From assembly GCA_963681965.1 (NCBI GenBank), contig OY820579.1, positions 2,816,001 to 2,880,000 on the forward strand: a stretch of DNA of 64,000 nucleotides. The letters run 5' to 3'. This DNA comes from a bacterium (lineage in GTDB: Bacteria > Electryoneota > JAOADG01). Of this stretch, positions 20,522-30,175 are shown in pieces; within the stretch, counting starts at the first letter, position 1, and every line of letters begins with the position of its first letter. The notes under the pieces are model-generated. The model was not told the DNA's origin. It saw only the letters and a program-made list of their open reading frames with translations, and made no database searches. Both the position numbers and the translations under genes were made by a program.

Positions 20522-22960
20522 TTATTTCTTTTTGCGTTTAACCTTTTTGGCAATCGGTTTCGATTTTAGTACTACTTTTTTGGATCCATTCTCAATCGGG
20601 ATTAACGCATTGGCAATCACTTCTTCCACCCGTTTTACCGGAATGAATGTGATTACTTTCTTAACCGAGTCGGGCATCTCTTCCAAATCTTTCTGATTTA
20701 AATACGGGATTAAAACCGTTTTAATCCCTGCGCGCGCAGCAGCGACAGCTTTTTCGCGCAAACCACCGATCGGCAGCACTTTCCCTTGAAGCGTGATTTC
20801 GCCGGTCATCGCCAAATCACCTTTTACTTTCCGATTGGAAAAAAGCGAGGTGAGAGCCGTAAGCATTGTTACGCCTGCCGATGGTCCATCTTTCGGTGTT
20901 GCCCCTTCTGGAACGTGGATGTGGATGTCTTTCCCTTGAAGAAAATCTTCTTTGATGCCGTATTCTTTGGCATGCGAACGCAAAATCGAAAGCGCAATTT
21001 CAGCCGATTCCTTCATCACAGCGCCTAATTGACCAGTCAGAAACAGCCCTTTACTACCCGGCATTACTGACGTTTCGATCTTCAGAACATCACCACCGAA
21101 TGGTGTCCATGCCAAGCCATTTGCAACGCCGATAAGCGCTGCTTCCTTTTTGGCAATATCCATAAATGTTGGGATACCAAGTAGTTTGACTACGCTGTCG
21201 CGATCGATTGTCATCAGTCGTTTTAATTTACCGTCGGCTTTCTTGACAGCTAGTTTTCGACAAATCGATCCAATTTCTCGCTCGAGATTTCGAACCCCGG
21301 CTTCCATTGTATATCCGGTGATTACTGCATCCAATGCCGATCGAGTGAATTTTACATCAGTCGATGAAAGACCGTTCTCTGAACGCTGTCGAGGAACGAG
21401 ATACTTCATTCCGATCTCGATTTTTTCCTCAGTCAAGTATCCGGGGAGACGAATGACTTCCATGCGATCGAGGAGCGGTCGGGGAATAGTATCGAGAGTG
21501 TTTGCAGTAGTTAGAAATAACACTTTCGACAAATCCAATTCGACTTCGAGATAATGATCGGTAAAACTGGAATTCTGTTCCGGATCGAGAACTTCCAACA
21601 GTGCCGATGAAGGATCGCCACGGAAATCGGAGCCAAGCTTATCAATTTCATCGAGCATGAATACCGGATTGATCGATCCCGCTTTCACGATACCTTGGAC
21701 GATTCGCCCCGGTAACGCACCAACGTATGTACGCCGGTGTCCCCGGATCTCCGCTTCATCACGCATTCCACCAAGTGAGAATCGAAAGAAATTCCGTCCC
21801 ATCGACCGTGCAATCGAGCGTCCGATCGAAGTCTTCCCAACGCCGGGAGGTCCCACCAAACAAAGGATTGGACCTTTCGAAGTGTCTTTCAATTTCCGAA
21901 CGGCGAGAAATTCGATGATCCTGTCTTTAACATCTTCAAGTCCGAAATGATCGGCTTCGAGAATTTTGCGAGCTTTCTGAATTTCAATACGATCTTCCGT
22001 TACTTTCTTCCACGGGATATCCAGCAACCAGTCAATAAAAGTGCGCGACACACTATATTCGGCAGATGCCGGGCTCATCCTGCCTAACCGTTCGAGTTCC
22101 TTTTCAGCAACTTTTAATGCCGCTTCGGGTATCCCGGCTTTGGCGACTCGGTCGCGTAATTCATCCAATTCTTGATTTTCATTTTCACCCAACTCGCGCT
22201 GGATCGCACGCATCTGCTCGCGCAGCATATACTCGCGCTGCGATTTTCCAATCTCACCTTCCACTTCGGATTGCAGTTTATTACCCAACCGAAGCACTTC
22301 TTGTTCTCGATTGATAATTGCCAATAAACGCGTCATTCGGTCAACGACATCTTCTGCTTCCAGAATTCGTTGTCTTTGAACTATAGATAAATTGAGATTG
22401 GCAGCGATCAAATCTGCAAGCTGTCCGTTCTCCTGAACATTCATTACGGCGATTTTCAATTCATCGGGGAATTGTTGACTCAAGTCGAACAACACCGTCA
22501 TTTCTTCTTGAATCTTCCGCCGTAACGCTTCCGCTTTGTTCGGGTCACTGGTAGTCGTAGTTAGAATTCGCAGCCGAGTGCGCCAGTAGGGATCGGTCTT
22601 TTCAATTGATTCCAGTTCAATTCGTTCGGTGCCTTGTATCAATAGTCGCATGCTGTTATCAGGCATCCGAATCATTTTCAAAATTTGAACGACACATCCG
22701 ATAACATAAACATCCTCGTCCGTGTTACGCGGGGAAACCGTTTCGGACTTTTCATTCGCTTCCTGACGACGAGTAGCAATAGCAAACAATTTAGGACCAG
22801 CCAGCACATCGTTGACGAGGCGGAGTATCGGTGGTTCATTGACTGCCAAAGGAAGCACTAATCCCGGGAAGACCACCAAGTCCTTCACTGGAAGTAAGGG
22901 TAATACATCAGGAATTTGAGCTTTGGTCGTACTGGAAGTATCGATGATTTCTTCGTTCAT
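20522..22960 (-). CDS. lon: ATP-dependent Lon protease
   Basis: GPPGVGKTS, GHRRTYVGALPG, PKDGPSAG catalytic Ser, GGLREK Lys. Confidence 0.98.
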   Translation of the reverse strand: MNEEIIDTSSTTKAQIPDVLPLLPVKDLVVFPGLVLPLAVNEPPILRLVNDVLAGPKLFAIATRRQEANEKSETVSPRNTDEDVYVIGCVVQILKMIRMPDNSMRLLIQGTERIELESIEKTDPYWRTRLRILTTTTSDPNKAEALRRKIQEEMTVLFDLSQQFPDELKIAVMNVQENGQLADLIAANLNLSIVQRQRILEAEDVVDRMTRLLAIINREQEVLRLGNKLQSEVEGEIGKSQREYMLREQMRAIQRELGENENQELDELRDRVAKAGIPEAALKVAEKELERLGRMSPASAEYSVSRTFIDWLLDIPWKKVTEDRIEIQKARKILEADHFGLEDVKDRIIEFLAVRKLKDTSKGPILCLVGPPGVGKTSIGRSIARSMGRNFFRFSLGGMRDEAEIRGHRRTYVGALPGRIVQGIVKAGSINPVFMLDEIDKLGSDFRGDPSSALLEVLDPEQNSSFTDHYLEVELDLSKVLFLTTANTLDTIPRPLLDRMEVIRLPGYLTEEKIEIGMKYLVPRQRSENGLSSTDVKFTRSALDAVITGYTMEAGVRNLEREIGSICRKLAVKKADGKLKRLMTIDRDSVVKLLGIPTFMDIAKKEAALIGVANGLAWTPFGGDVLKIETSVMPGSKGLFLTGQLGAVMKESAEIALSILRSHAKEYGIKEDFLQGKDIHIHVPEGATPKDGPSAGVTMLTALTSLFSNRKVKGDLAMTGEITLQGKVLPIGGLREKAVAAARAGIKTVLIPYLNQKDLEEMPDSVKKVITFIPVKRVEEVIANALIPIENGSKKVVLKSKPIAKKVKRKKK

Positions 22961-23403
22961 ACATCGCTCCGAATTTCAATCGTTACCGTACTGAGTGGTT
23001 CAGGTTGTTTCTTCGTCATACGGATCAACAAAATACCATCCTTATAGGTTACATTGACGGAATCGCCTTCAACTCGGCAAGGCAGTTCGAAAACACGTTC
23101 GAACGGACCGTAGTTGATCTCCATGAGCTGATAATTTCGTTTACAAAAACCTTCGATGTCGTCGCGAATGCCCCGTATTCGGAACTCATTCTGTTCCAGT
23201 ACCATTTTTATCGTATCGCGATTAACACCACTTAAATCGACTGCGATTACTACTTCATCTTCAGTGTCGAATAAATCTGCAGTAGGACGCCAACCCGATT
23301 GAGCCGGGAACGACATCTTCCGATTGAAATAATTACTGAAAATAAAGTCCATTTCGTCGCGAGAATCCGTGGGACTGAATTCTAAATATTTGGATTCCTG
23401 CAT
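22957..23403 (-). CDS. Hsp20/alpha-crystallin small heat shock protein
   Basis: WRPTADL, MEINYGPFERVF, YKDGILLI; coupled to lon (ATGA). Confidence 0.92.
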   Translation of the reverse strand: MQESKYLEFSPTDSRDEMDFIFSNYFNRKMSFPAQSGWRPTADLFDTEDEVVIAVDLSGVNRDTIKMVLEQNEFRIRGIRDDIEGFCKRNYQLMEINYGPFERVFELPCRVEGDSVNVTYKDGILLIRMTKKQPEPLSTVTIEIRSDV

Positions 23404-23415
23404 TTTATGCTCCCT

Positions 23416-23444
23416 TTGACAATGGGGTGAAAAATCATTATTTT
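23416..23444 (+). promoter_or_regulatory. Putative sigma70 promoter for rpmB
   Basis: TTGACA-17 bp-TATTTT, 40 bp upstream of ATG. Confidence 0.55.
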
Positions 23445-23483
23445 GCGTGTCTATAACAAACGTAATTAGGAAAAGGTGATCAC

Positions 23484-23675
23484 ATGAGCTTTCAGTGCGA
23501 AATCTGCGGAAAAGGTTCTCTCAAAGGACATAATAAATCGCATGCACACAATTTGACAATCCGTCGTTGGAAACCGAACCTACAAAAGGTACGAGCGGCA
23601 ACACCTCAGGGAACTCAGAGCATCCGCGTCTGCACTGCCTGTATCCAAGCTGGAAAAGTTCTAAAAGCGGTATAA
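23484..23675 (+). CDS. rpmB: 50S ribosomal protein L28 (Zn-binding form)
   Basis: CEICGK..GHNKSHAH..RRWKPNLQ..VCTACI. Confidence 0.96.
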   Translation: MSFQCEICGKGSLKGHNKSHAHNLTIRRWKPNLQKVRAATPQGTQSIRVCTACIQAGKVLKAV

Positions 23676-23683
23676 CACACGAT

Positions 23684-24442
23684 TTATTCAATTCGTGTTG
23701 TTATTCCCTCGACTGCGATTTTTCGTTTAACCGCCGCTACTTGTGCGGCGGCTTCTTTTTGCGTAAGAAAACGTCCGCTCCAGACTCGATAAAGCTTCTT
23801 ACCCTCTTTCATCCATTCTACAACTTCCACCTGATAGCCATTTTCGCGTAATTGAGCTGCAATTCGGTCGGCAGTAGATTTCACGGAAAATACTCCGAAT
23901 TGTGCTGCAAATTTACCCGCGGGATTGGATGTTGATTTCTCTACTGGTATCGGCTGAGAAGGGTTTTTCTTTTCGCCTTCGGTTCGAGTCGGCAAACTGC
24001 TCGATCCCGCTATCACGGGTGGTTTCGCTAAATCCGGTGATTTCTGTAGTGTCGCATTGATCATAGTGGCCGACTTTGGAGTGGTTTCGGTTGACACAAC
24101 AGTCGCAACGGTGTCGTCTAGTTTCAACTCGGATAGTGGAATAAGTTTAAACATTCCCAGTTGTTTTAATCTAACCTTGGCGATCCGACCAGCTTGACCA
24201 TTTCCATCGGTCCGGATTACTTCCCGATACAAGGATTCGGCTTTATCCGCATCTTCGCTATTCAGCGCATCCCACAGTTGTCGCCAAGCGTTGTCCAGCT
24301 TACCGGAATCGTAAAGCTGCTGAAGCGAGACCCAATCATTTTTGGAATACAATTTACTCCATTGAACCGGCGTCGCGATCACTGGAACCGCAAATATCAG
24401 GAGTATCAATAAAGTGAGAAAATAATATTGGGTCTTATTCAT
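23684..24442 (-). CDS. SPOR-domain periplasmic protein
   Basis: Signal peptide from MNKTQ; C-terminal QFGVFS..A...YRVWSGRF SPOR motif. Confidence 0.85.
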   Translation of the reverse strand: MNKTQYYFLTLLILLIFAVPVIATPVQWSKLYSKNDWVSLQQLYDSGKLDNAWRQLWDALNSEDADKAESLYREVIRTDGNGQAGRIAKVRLKQLGMFKLIPLSELKLDDTVATVVSTETTPKSATMINATLQKSPDLAKPPVIAGSSSLPTRTEGEKKNPSQPIPVEKSTSNPAGKFAAQFGVFSVKSTADRIAAQLRENGYQVEVVEWMKEGKKLYRVWSGRFLTQKEAAAQVAAVKRKIAVEGITTRIE

Positions 24443-24449
24443 TGCTAGA

Positions 24450-25595
24450 TTACGATCCGAAGCTTTCCCAGCTACCGCACGAAGGACAGAACCATCGCAT
24501 ATTGTCTGCGCTGTAGCCACAAGCCGAACAAGTATAAACGCTGCTTGGTGGCGCTAATCGTTTCATCGCATTCATGCCCAGTTTTGCCAATTCGTCGATG
24601 CGATGAAGTCGAGTCAGGTTACGTGCCAATTCATATTGTAGAATTTCGCTACCGGGATTAGCTTCTAGCCCTTCACGTAGGATTTTCAATGCGTTCTCGG
24701 TTTCACCTTTTCGATCGGCGATTGTTGCCAATGCTACATATCCTCGCACAATATGATGGTGATTTTTTAAGAAGGATTTGTAGAAACCTTCCACTTCGTC
24801 AAATCGCCCCTGTTCAAACAATATTGCTTCGAGGAGTGGAAATGATACATCAGCTTCATCCGGCGCATTTTCTACCAGTTGTTCAATTTCCTTTAGCGAT
24901 TCGGCAATCCGTTTTTCGCGGCGATACGATTCAGCCAATCCGATGAAAGCGCCGGGAAACGCAGGATTATATTTTAATGCTTCGCGATACCGCAGACGAC
25001 CTTCTTTCATCTTTCCACTGGCGCTGAGGCGATCCCCTTCCAATCCGTAGACAATCGCCATCCGATGCGAATTCGGTGCCTCTCCGCGCAAACTGGCAAG
25101 TTTTTTACAGGTTTCGATATAAGCAGCCCAATCCCCTTTGGCAGCGAGATGCTGTAAACTGTGATCCAACGCCCAAGTATTCGATTTATCCAGTGCTAAA
25201 AGCTGATCCAGACTGGATAACGCTTTCTCCGGTAAATTGGCGGCTTCGAAGTCTTCCGTTAACGCTTTGTGGATCGCGATCCGTTCACTGATCGATAATT
25301 GTTCTCGAACCGATAATTCCACATGGAATTTTAATGCGCGTTCAATATCGCCTTGACGCCGAAATACTTCACCCAATCGGACGCGAGCAAAAACATTGTC
25401 GGGATCTTCTTTGGCGGCTTGAAACAGCGCTTTCGTGGCACGTGCCAGATCGCCTTCGAGCAGTAAGTGCTGTCCAAGTTCGAACGGGCTTAATTCACTT
25501 TTTCGAAATGGTCGGCGTGCAGTCGATTGGTAATAGAAGTACCCACCCATCAAGATAAGAAAAACCAAAATGATCAGAAGTAGGAATTCGGTCAC
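24450..25595 (-). CDS. lapB: LPS assembly protein B-like (TM, TPRs, rubredoxin)
   Basis: N-terminal TM, TPRs, YTCSACG...WFCPSCGSW rubredoxin; follows lapA. Confidence 0.85.
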   Translation of the reverse strand: MTEFLLLIILVFLILMGGYFYYQSTARRPFRKSELSPFELGQHLLLEGDLARATKALFQAAKEDPDNVFARVRLGEVFRRQGDIERALKFHVELSVREQLSISERIAIHKALTEDFEAANLPEKALSSLDQLLALDKSNTWALDHSLQHLAAKGDWAAYIETCKKLASLRGEAPNSHRMAIVYGLEGDRLSASGKMKEGRLRYREALKYNPAFPGAFIGLAESYRREKRIAESLKEIEQLVENAPDEADVSFPLLEAILFEQGRFDEVEGFYKSFLKNHHHIVRGYVALATIADRKGETENALKILREGLEANPGSEILQYELARNLTRLHRIDELAKLGMNAMKRLAPPSSVYTCSACGYSADNMRWFCPSCGSWESFGS

Positions 25596-25678
25596 GGAAG
25601 ACCTCGCTATCGGTTGTTGTCGGATTAATTTGTTTCAACCAAAACAGAAATTAGAACGGTCGGTCACGACCGCTGATT

Positions 25679-26071
25679 TTATGCCCCCCAGCCTTCGAGA
25701 TCGTCGTCTTGTTTGACCGAGCGGACTTCAGCAATTGGAGTGATTGTAAACGTTGGTCGGGATTTCAATAAGCCTTCGACTTCACGATCGAGGTTAAAAT
25801 TGCGGAGTCGATTGAGTTCATCTTTTAACCGATTGCATTCGCGTCGAAAGCGTGCCAGCTCTCCACGCAACTTCAATTGCGATGCGATGGTCAGTAAAAA
25901 GTATAACACCATACCGGCAAGGAACGCGACGAACAGTGCAAGAAATACCGGTGCATCCGGGGAAGTGTATGTGCCGATTTGAATTTTAACTAATTGATCT
26001 TGATTCTGTAATGCAAAACCGACTACAGCGATTACCACAATCGTAATCAAAATCCATCGGAGCATTGCCAT
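25679..26071 (-). CDS. lapA: LPS assembly protein A-like
   Basis: TM-FALQN-TM-coiled coil pattern; upstream of lapB. Confidence 0.8.
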   Translation of the reverse strand: MAMLRWILITIVVIAVVGFALQNQDQLVKIQIGTYTSPDAPVFLALFVAFLAGMVLYFLLTIASQLKLRGELARFRRECNRLKDELNRLRNFNLDREVEGLLKSRPTFTITPIAEVRSVKQDDDLEGWGA

Positions 26072-26092
26072 ATCGACCCCTCACAATGATAT

Positions 26093-27415
26093 TTATTTTG
26101 TTGTCAGTGATTCGCCTACGAGCGTCATGGAACGACGACTGGTGATCTTGATTGGAATTAAATCACCCGGCTTTTCGTTTCCTACAGGAATTACCACTGG
26201 ACGGTTCTGAGCAGTGCGTCCGATCCATTCCCGGGTATTTTTCGGCGAAATATTTTCGATCAACACTTCCGCTTCCGATCCGATTTGCGCGGCAACCAAC
26301 TCTGCTTCCATCCGCCGTTGCAATTCGATCAGCTTTTCCAACCGGCGCTGTTTTTCCCCTTCCGGTACATCATCGTTCCAAGTAGCAGCTTTCGTGAAGG
26401 GACGTTGCGAATACTTAAACATGAATGCGCCGGAAAATCCAACTTGACGGACAACATCCAGAGTGTCTTCAAACTGCTCTGCCGTTTCGCCGGGAAAGCC
26501 AACTATAATATCGGTAGAAAAAGCCACCGATGGAACTATCGAACGAATATGATTCACTAAATTTAGATAATCTGCTTTTGAATAGCCGCGGTTCATCCGC
26601 AGCAAGACATCGTCGTTCCCTGCTTGCAGCGGTAAATGAAGGTGGGGGACGAGTACTCGAGGATTGGCTGCGATTGCTTCAAGCAAAGGATCGGGAAAAT
26701 CTTTCGGGTGCGGGGAGGTAAAGCGTACCCGTTTAACTCCTGTAATCTTAGCAACTTCAGTCATTAAATCGGCAAATCGGACCGATTGCTCGGGATCCGC
26801 CCAGGAATTGACATTTTGTCCAAGCAGTGTGATCTCGACAAATCCTTTGGAGACAGCGTCCTTCACTTCATTCAAGATCGAGGAAATGCCTCGAGAGCGT
26901 TCGCGACCACGGGTATGAGGAACGATACAGAAGGTGCAGAAATTGTCGCACCCACGCATGATCGAGATCCAGGCGTTGATCCCTTCGCTTCGTACCGGGA
27001 AGATTTCCTCGTAATTCTCGAATCGATCCCGACGAACGACGACCTCGGCATCGTGTGCCGGAGTTTGGAGCTTGCGAATAATATTGGGGAGGTCGCGATA
27101 AGCATCGGGACCCATCACAAGATCGACCCAAGGGCGTTGCTGGATCAATTTTTCCTGAAGATTTTGCGCCATGCAACCGATGACGCCTAATACCATCGAA
27201 GGTTTCTTCTCTTTGAACTTCCGGTATTGCGCCAAAATGCCTAGAATACGGTCTTCAGCACCTTCCCGCACGGAACAGGTATTGATCAGTATGACATCGG
27301 CTTCAGCTTGGTGTTCCGTAGGTTCATACCCTTCCGGCATCATTACGCCGGCAACCAGCTCGGAATCGGCTTTGTTCATCTGACAGCCGTATGTTTCGAT
27401 TAAAATCTTACGCAT
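26093..27415 (-). CDS. miaB: tRNA methylthiotransferase MiaB
   Basis: TYGCQMN, NTCSVR, GCMAQ, radical SAM CDNFCTFC, TRAM domain. Confidence 0.97.
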   Translation of the reverse strand: MRKILIETYGCQMNKADSELVAGVMMPEGYEPTEHQAEADVILINTCSVREGAEDRILGILAQYRKFKEKKPSMVLGVIGCMAQNLQEKLIQQRPWVDLVMGPDAYRDLPNIIRKLQTPAHDAEVVVRRDRFENYEEIFPVRSEGINAWISIMRGCDNFCTFCIVPHTRGRERSRGISSILNEVKDAVSKGFVEITLLGQNVNSWADPEQSVRFADLMTEVAKITGVKRVRFTSPHPKDFPDPLLEAIAANPRVLVPHLHLPLQAGNDDVLLRMNRGYSKADYLNLVNHIRSIVPSVAFSTDIIVGFPGETAEQFEDTLDVVRQVGFSGAFMFKYSQRPFTKAATWNDDVPEGEKQRRLEKLIELQRRMEAELVAAQIGSEAEVLIENISPKNTREWIGRTAQNRPVVIPVGNEKPGDLIPIKITSRRSMTLVGESLTTK

Positions 27416-27541
27416 TCACCCCTCAACATGCTAACTAATATAGATACGAAGGGGGGAGAGACAAAAAAAGGGGGGATAGGGGGTCGGATGTGGGGGTTGG
27501 GGAAAAGAAGAGGGGATAGAAGATTAGGGTAACAGAAAAGC

Positions 27542-27925
27542 GTAGGTAGGACTTCAGACCCACTATCTTTATTCTTGAATCTGAATTATGCAGTAGGGGG
27601 TCATCCCCGCATGCCCCCGTTCATATATCCTGTATCTTGATTATGTCTTTTTTTAGGTATCCGCCAGCCGGCGGCTGTGGCAATCTACTCATGTATCCTG
27701 ATTATGTCTTTGCGAGGATCGCAGCGAAGTAACATCAGCTGTAGGCTGATTTACGAAGCGAAGAGACGAAGCAACCCCGAAGGGCTCACCGAAGGTAATC
27801 TCCGCATTTGTCGTATATTTTCCGTAAGTGCGAATGCAATTCGCCCATACGGCGGCGACGTGTCGCCGCTCCGGTGCGTTCGCGAACGCACCCTACAGTT
27901 ACGGACACGGGCGGTTCCGTTCGCT
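27542..27925. repeat. Mosaic of REP-like palindromes and RPE-like remnants
   Basis: GTAG-led hairpins near 27542 and 27592; GTAAGTGCGAATGCAATTCGCCCATAC 27824-27850; GCGGCGAC-GT-GTCGCCGC 27852-27869; GGTGCGTTCGCGAACGCACC-CTAC 27873-27896; TCTTTGCGAG..GCAA/GTAATCT motifs. Confidence 0.7.
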
Positions 27926-27958
27926 AACAAAGAATCTTTCACTTGACCCTTAAACCAG

Positions 27959-27987
27959 TTGACAGTCCGAACATCGAATATTATCCT
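27959..27987 (+). promoter_or_regulatory. Putative sigma70 promoter
   Basis: TTGACA-17 bp-TATCCT, about 50 bp before ATG 28039. Confidence 0.5.
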
Positions 27988-28038
27988 ATAGACACCCAAT
28001 TCAATTCGATGGAAGAAACGACTTAGCGCGAGGTAACG

Positions 28039-28926
28039 ATGATTCCGCAATCTCAATCCCGATCCATTCTCAACACAATACTTATCCTCTTCGCAATAGC
28101 GATCCTTGCGACCGCTGCATTGGCACAACCTGGCTGAGAGTGGCAGAATCCATTGCCGCAAGGGAATCATCTTCTCTCAGTTAAATTTGTAAATGACCAC
28201 GAGGGGTGGGCAGTAGGCTACAACGGTACAATTATGCATTCTACTAACGATGGTGAATCTTGGCTGACCCAGTCCAGTGGAACGACGAATCAGCTTTATT
28301 CAGTAAACTTCATCGACGCCACTACCGGCTGGGCAGTGGGCGACATCGGAACCATTTTACACACCACTAATGGTGGTGAATCTTGGCTCAATCAAATCAG
28401 TGGAGCGTCTGATTATCTCTATTCAGTAGCCTTCATCAATGCTTCGACCGGCTGGGCAGTGGGATGGTATGGAACGATTTTTCACACTACCAACGGTGGT
28501 GAATCTTGGATCATCCAGCCCAGTGGAACGAATTATTATCTGAATTCAGTTACTTTTACTGACGCCAATAATGGTTGGATCGTAGGTGGTTATGGCACGA
28601 TCCTCCACACCTCCACCGGCGGCACGACCTGGGCACCGGACGAGCGCACCAACAATCTTCCAAAAGGATTTTCGCTCGAGAATAATTATCCCAATCCCTT
28701 CAATTCCCGCACGACCCTCTTCTTCTCGTTACCGCGAGCGGGACGCGCGAAACTGACCGTCTACGATCTACTCGGCCGGAACGTCGCTACCGTGTTTGAC
28801 GGCTACCAGCCTGCCGGTGAGCAGCACATTCCGTTCGATGCGAAATCGCTTGCATCTGGGATCTATCTCTACCGACTGCATTCCGGTTCGCACAGCGAAA
28901 CCCGAAAGTTTACCGTAATTCGCTGA
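28039..28926 (+). pseudogene. YCF48/BNR-repeat secreted protein with T9SS-type CTD, interrupted by in-frame TGA at 28135-28137
   Basis: GAGG RBS, ATG 28039, signal peptide ...AALAQPG*EWQNPLPQGN; four 41-aa GW(A/I)VG..GTI.H repeats at 123-nt spacing; NYPNPFN CTD. Confidence 0.8.
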
Positions 28927-28987
28927 TAATTGGGGAGGATCCCCAAGAAACAACAAATCAAAATACAGGATACACGAAAAAAAAAAG

Positions 28988-29010
28988 GGGGCGAATGCGA
29001 TTCGCCCCTA
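28988..29010. repeat. REP-like palindrome doubling as terminator
   Basis: GGGGCGAAT-GCG-ATTCGCCCC-TA after a poly-A run; same family as 27824 and 41558. Confidence 0.75.
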
Positions 29011-29071
29011 AAAGTCAAAGTACTGAATATTATAATCTAAGAACCAAGAACTTAGCACTAAGAACCAATTA

Positions 29072-29335
29072 CTAATCCTTCCAATTCCACCATTTGAGCT
29101 TATCAGGATTGTGGTGTTTGTGTGCGGCGAAATAGACTGCGCAACGGAAGACATAGAGCAGACAGCGGTCCTGATAAGCACCTCGCAGTGCAATTAAATC
29201 GTCATACATTTTCTGTGGATCTTTACCGATGAGATCAGAGACGTGATGGATTCCCAAATCGATCAGATCCTTCTTAATCGATTTTCCAACACCGGGGATG
29301 ACAAGCAGGTCTTCTGGATCGATGAATTTAGTCAA
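29072..29335 (-). CDS. Small helix-hairpin-helix protein (Cdd1/mitomycin-resistance-like)
   Basis: IPGVGKSI..DL..LGI, DP..MY..L, DRCLLYVFRCAVY, KWWNWKD. Confidence 0.85.
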   Translation of the reverse strand: MTKFIDPEDLLVIPGVGKSIKKDLIDLGIHHVSDLIGKDPQKMYDDLIALRGAYQDRCLLYVFRCAVYFAAHKHHNPDKLKWWNWKD

Positions 29336-29395
29336 GGTATTCTCATCACTTAGTAATTATACATAATATTCATTATACGACTTAAGGTGTGATAG

Positions 29396-30175
29396 CTAAT
29401 CCAGGATCAAATATTCTAAAATGCTGCCTTGCACCCAGCCAACCCGTCCATCTGAAAGTCTGACTTCTTGCCATCGTCCAAAAGTGTTGAGTGGTTTCAC
29501 TTCAGTCCCAGTGGAGATTGATCCAATTTCTTTCGAACTAAAATCTGGTTTTTGGAACAGCGATACGCCGGACTCAGTTACAAAAGCGACTTGGTTTGTG
29601 ATGCTATTATAGCGCCAGATAGAAGTCAACAAACCGACGAACAAGATGACAACACCGATTGACAAAAAGGTGTAGTGGTGGACCATTGAAAGCGACTTAT
29701 TCACCGGGTGAGATTTGAAGTACCACCATGAAAATACGATAATTATACCTAAATTAATGAGTATTGCATACAACCATATCGGAACAGTTAATAACAGGTT
29801 TCGCAGAAACTTGAATAAAGCAATTTCGGGAATTCCTTCCACCCGATTGGTGACTTTCTGCTGTAACCACTCCAGTAATTGTCGGTTTTCAGTGGTCGGT
29901 GCCAATCGAAAAGCGGCTGTAGCGGCTCTAATCGCACTTCCCAGCGAGTCATCGCCAAACGAATTCCACATCGCGATGCTATAAAGCGACCATTCACCAG
30001 GAGTTGCAACACCACTCGCGACATGTTGCTTTAAGAGAGCCACTGCACCCATTGTATTTTTCTGCGATAATAACTTATGCGCTTCATTAAACTCTGAATT
30101 ACTAGCAATGGCTAAGCCATAAGTGCACAGATAAATCAAAGATAAGTAAACGATAGCGAATTTCTTGGAAAACAT
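29396..30175 (-). CDS. batE: BatE-like protein (TPR-like, TM, SH3b)
   Basis: TGATG overlap with batD; C-terminal WQEVRLSDGRVGWV SH3; last gene of bat operon. Confidence 0.7.
   Translation of the reverse strand: MFSKKFAIVYLSLIYLCTYGLAIASNSEFNEAHKLLSQKNTMGAVALLKQHVASGVATPGEWSLYSIAMWNSFGDDSLGSAIRAATAAFRLAPTTENRQLLEWLQQKVTNRVEGIPEIALFKFLRNLLLTVPIWLYAILINLGIIIVFSWWYFKSHPVNKSLSMVHHYTFLSIGVVILFVGLLTSIWRYNSITNQVAFVTESGVSLFQKPDFSSKEIGSISTGTEVKPLNTFGRWQEVRLSDGRVGWVQGSILEYLILD

Noticed and set aside
28135-28137. Genetic code reassignment or selenocysteine at the in-frame TGA
   Set aside because: TGA ends several genes normally here (natB, hsp20, batD); Trp rather than Cys is expected at this position; no SECIS-like hairpin recognised
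27677-28170. ORFs 27677-27946 (+) and 27751-28170 (-)
   Set aside because: Translations of palindromic repeats and antisense to the YCF48-like gene start
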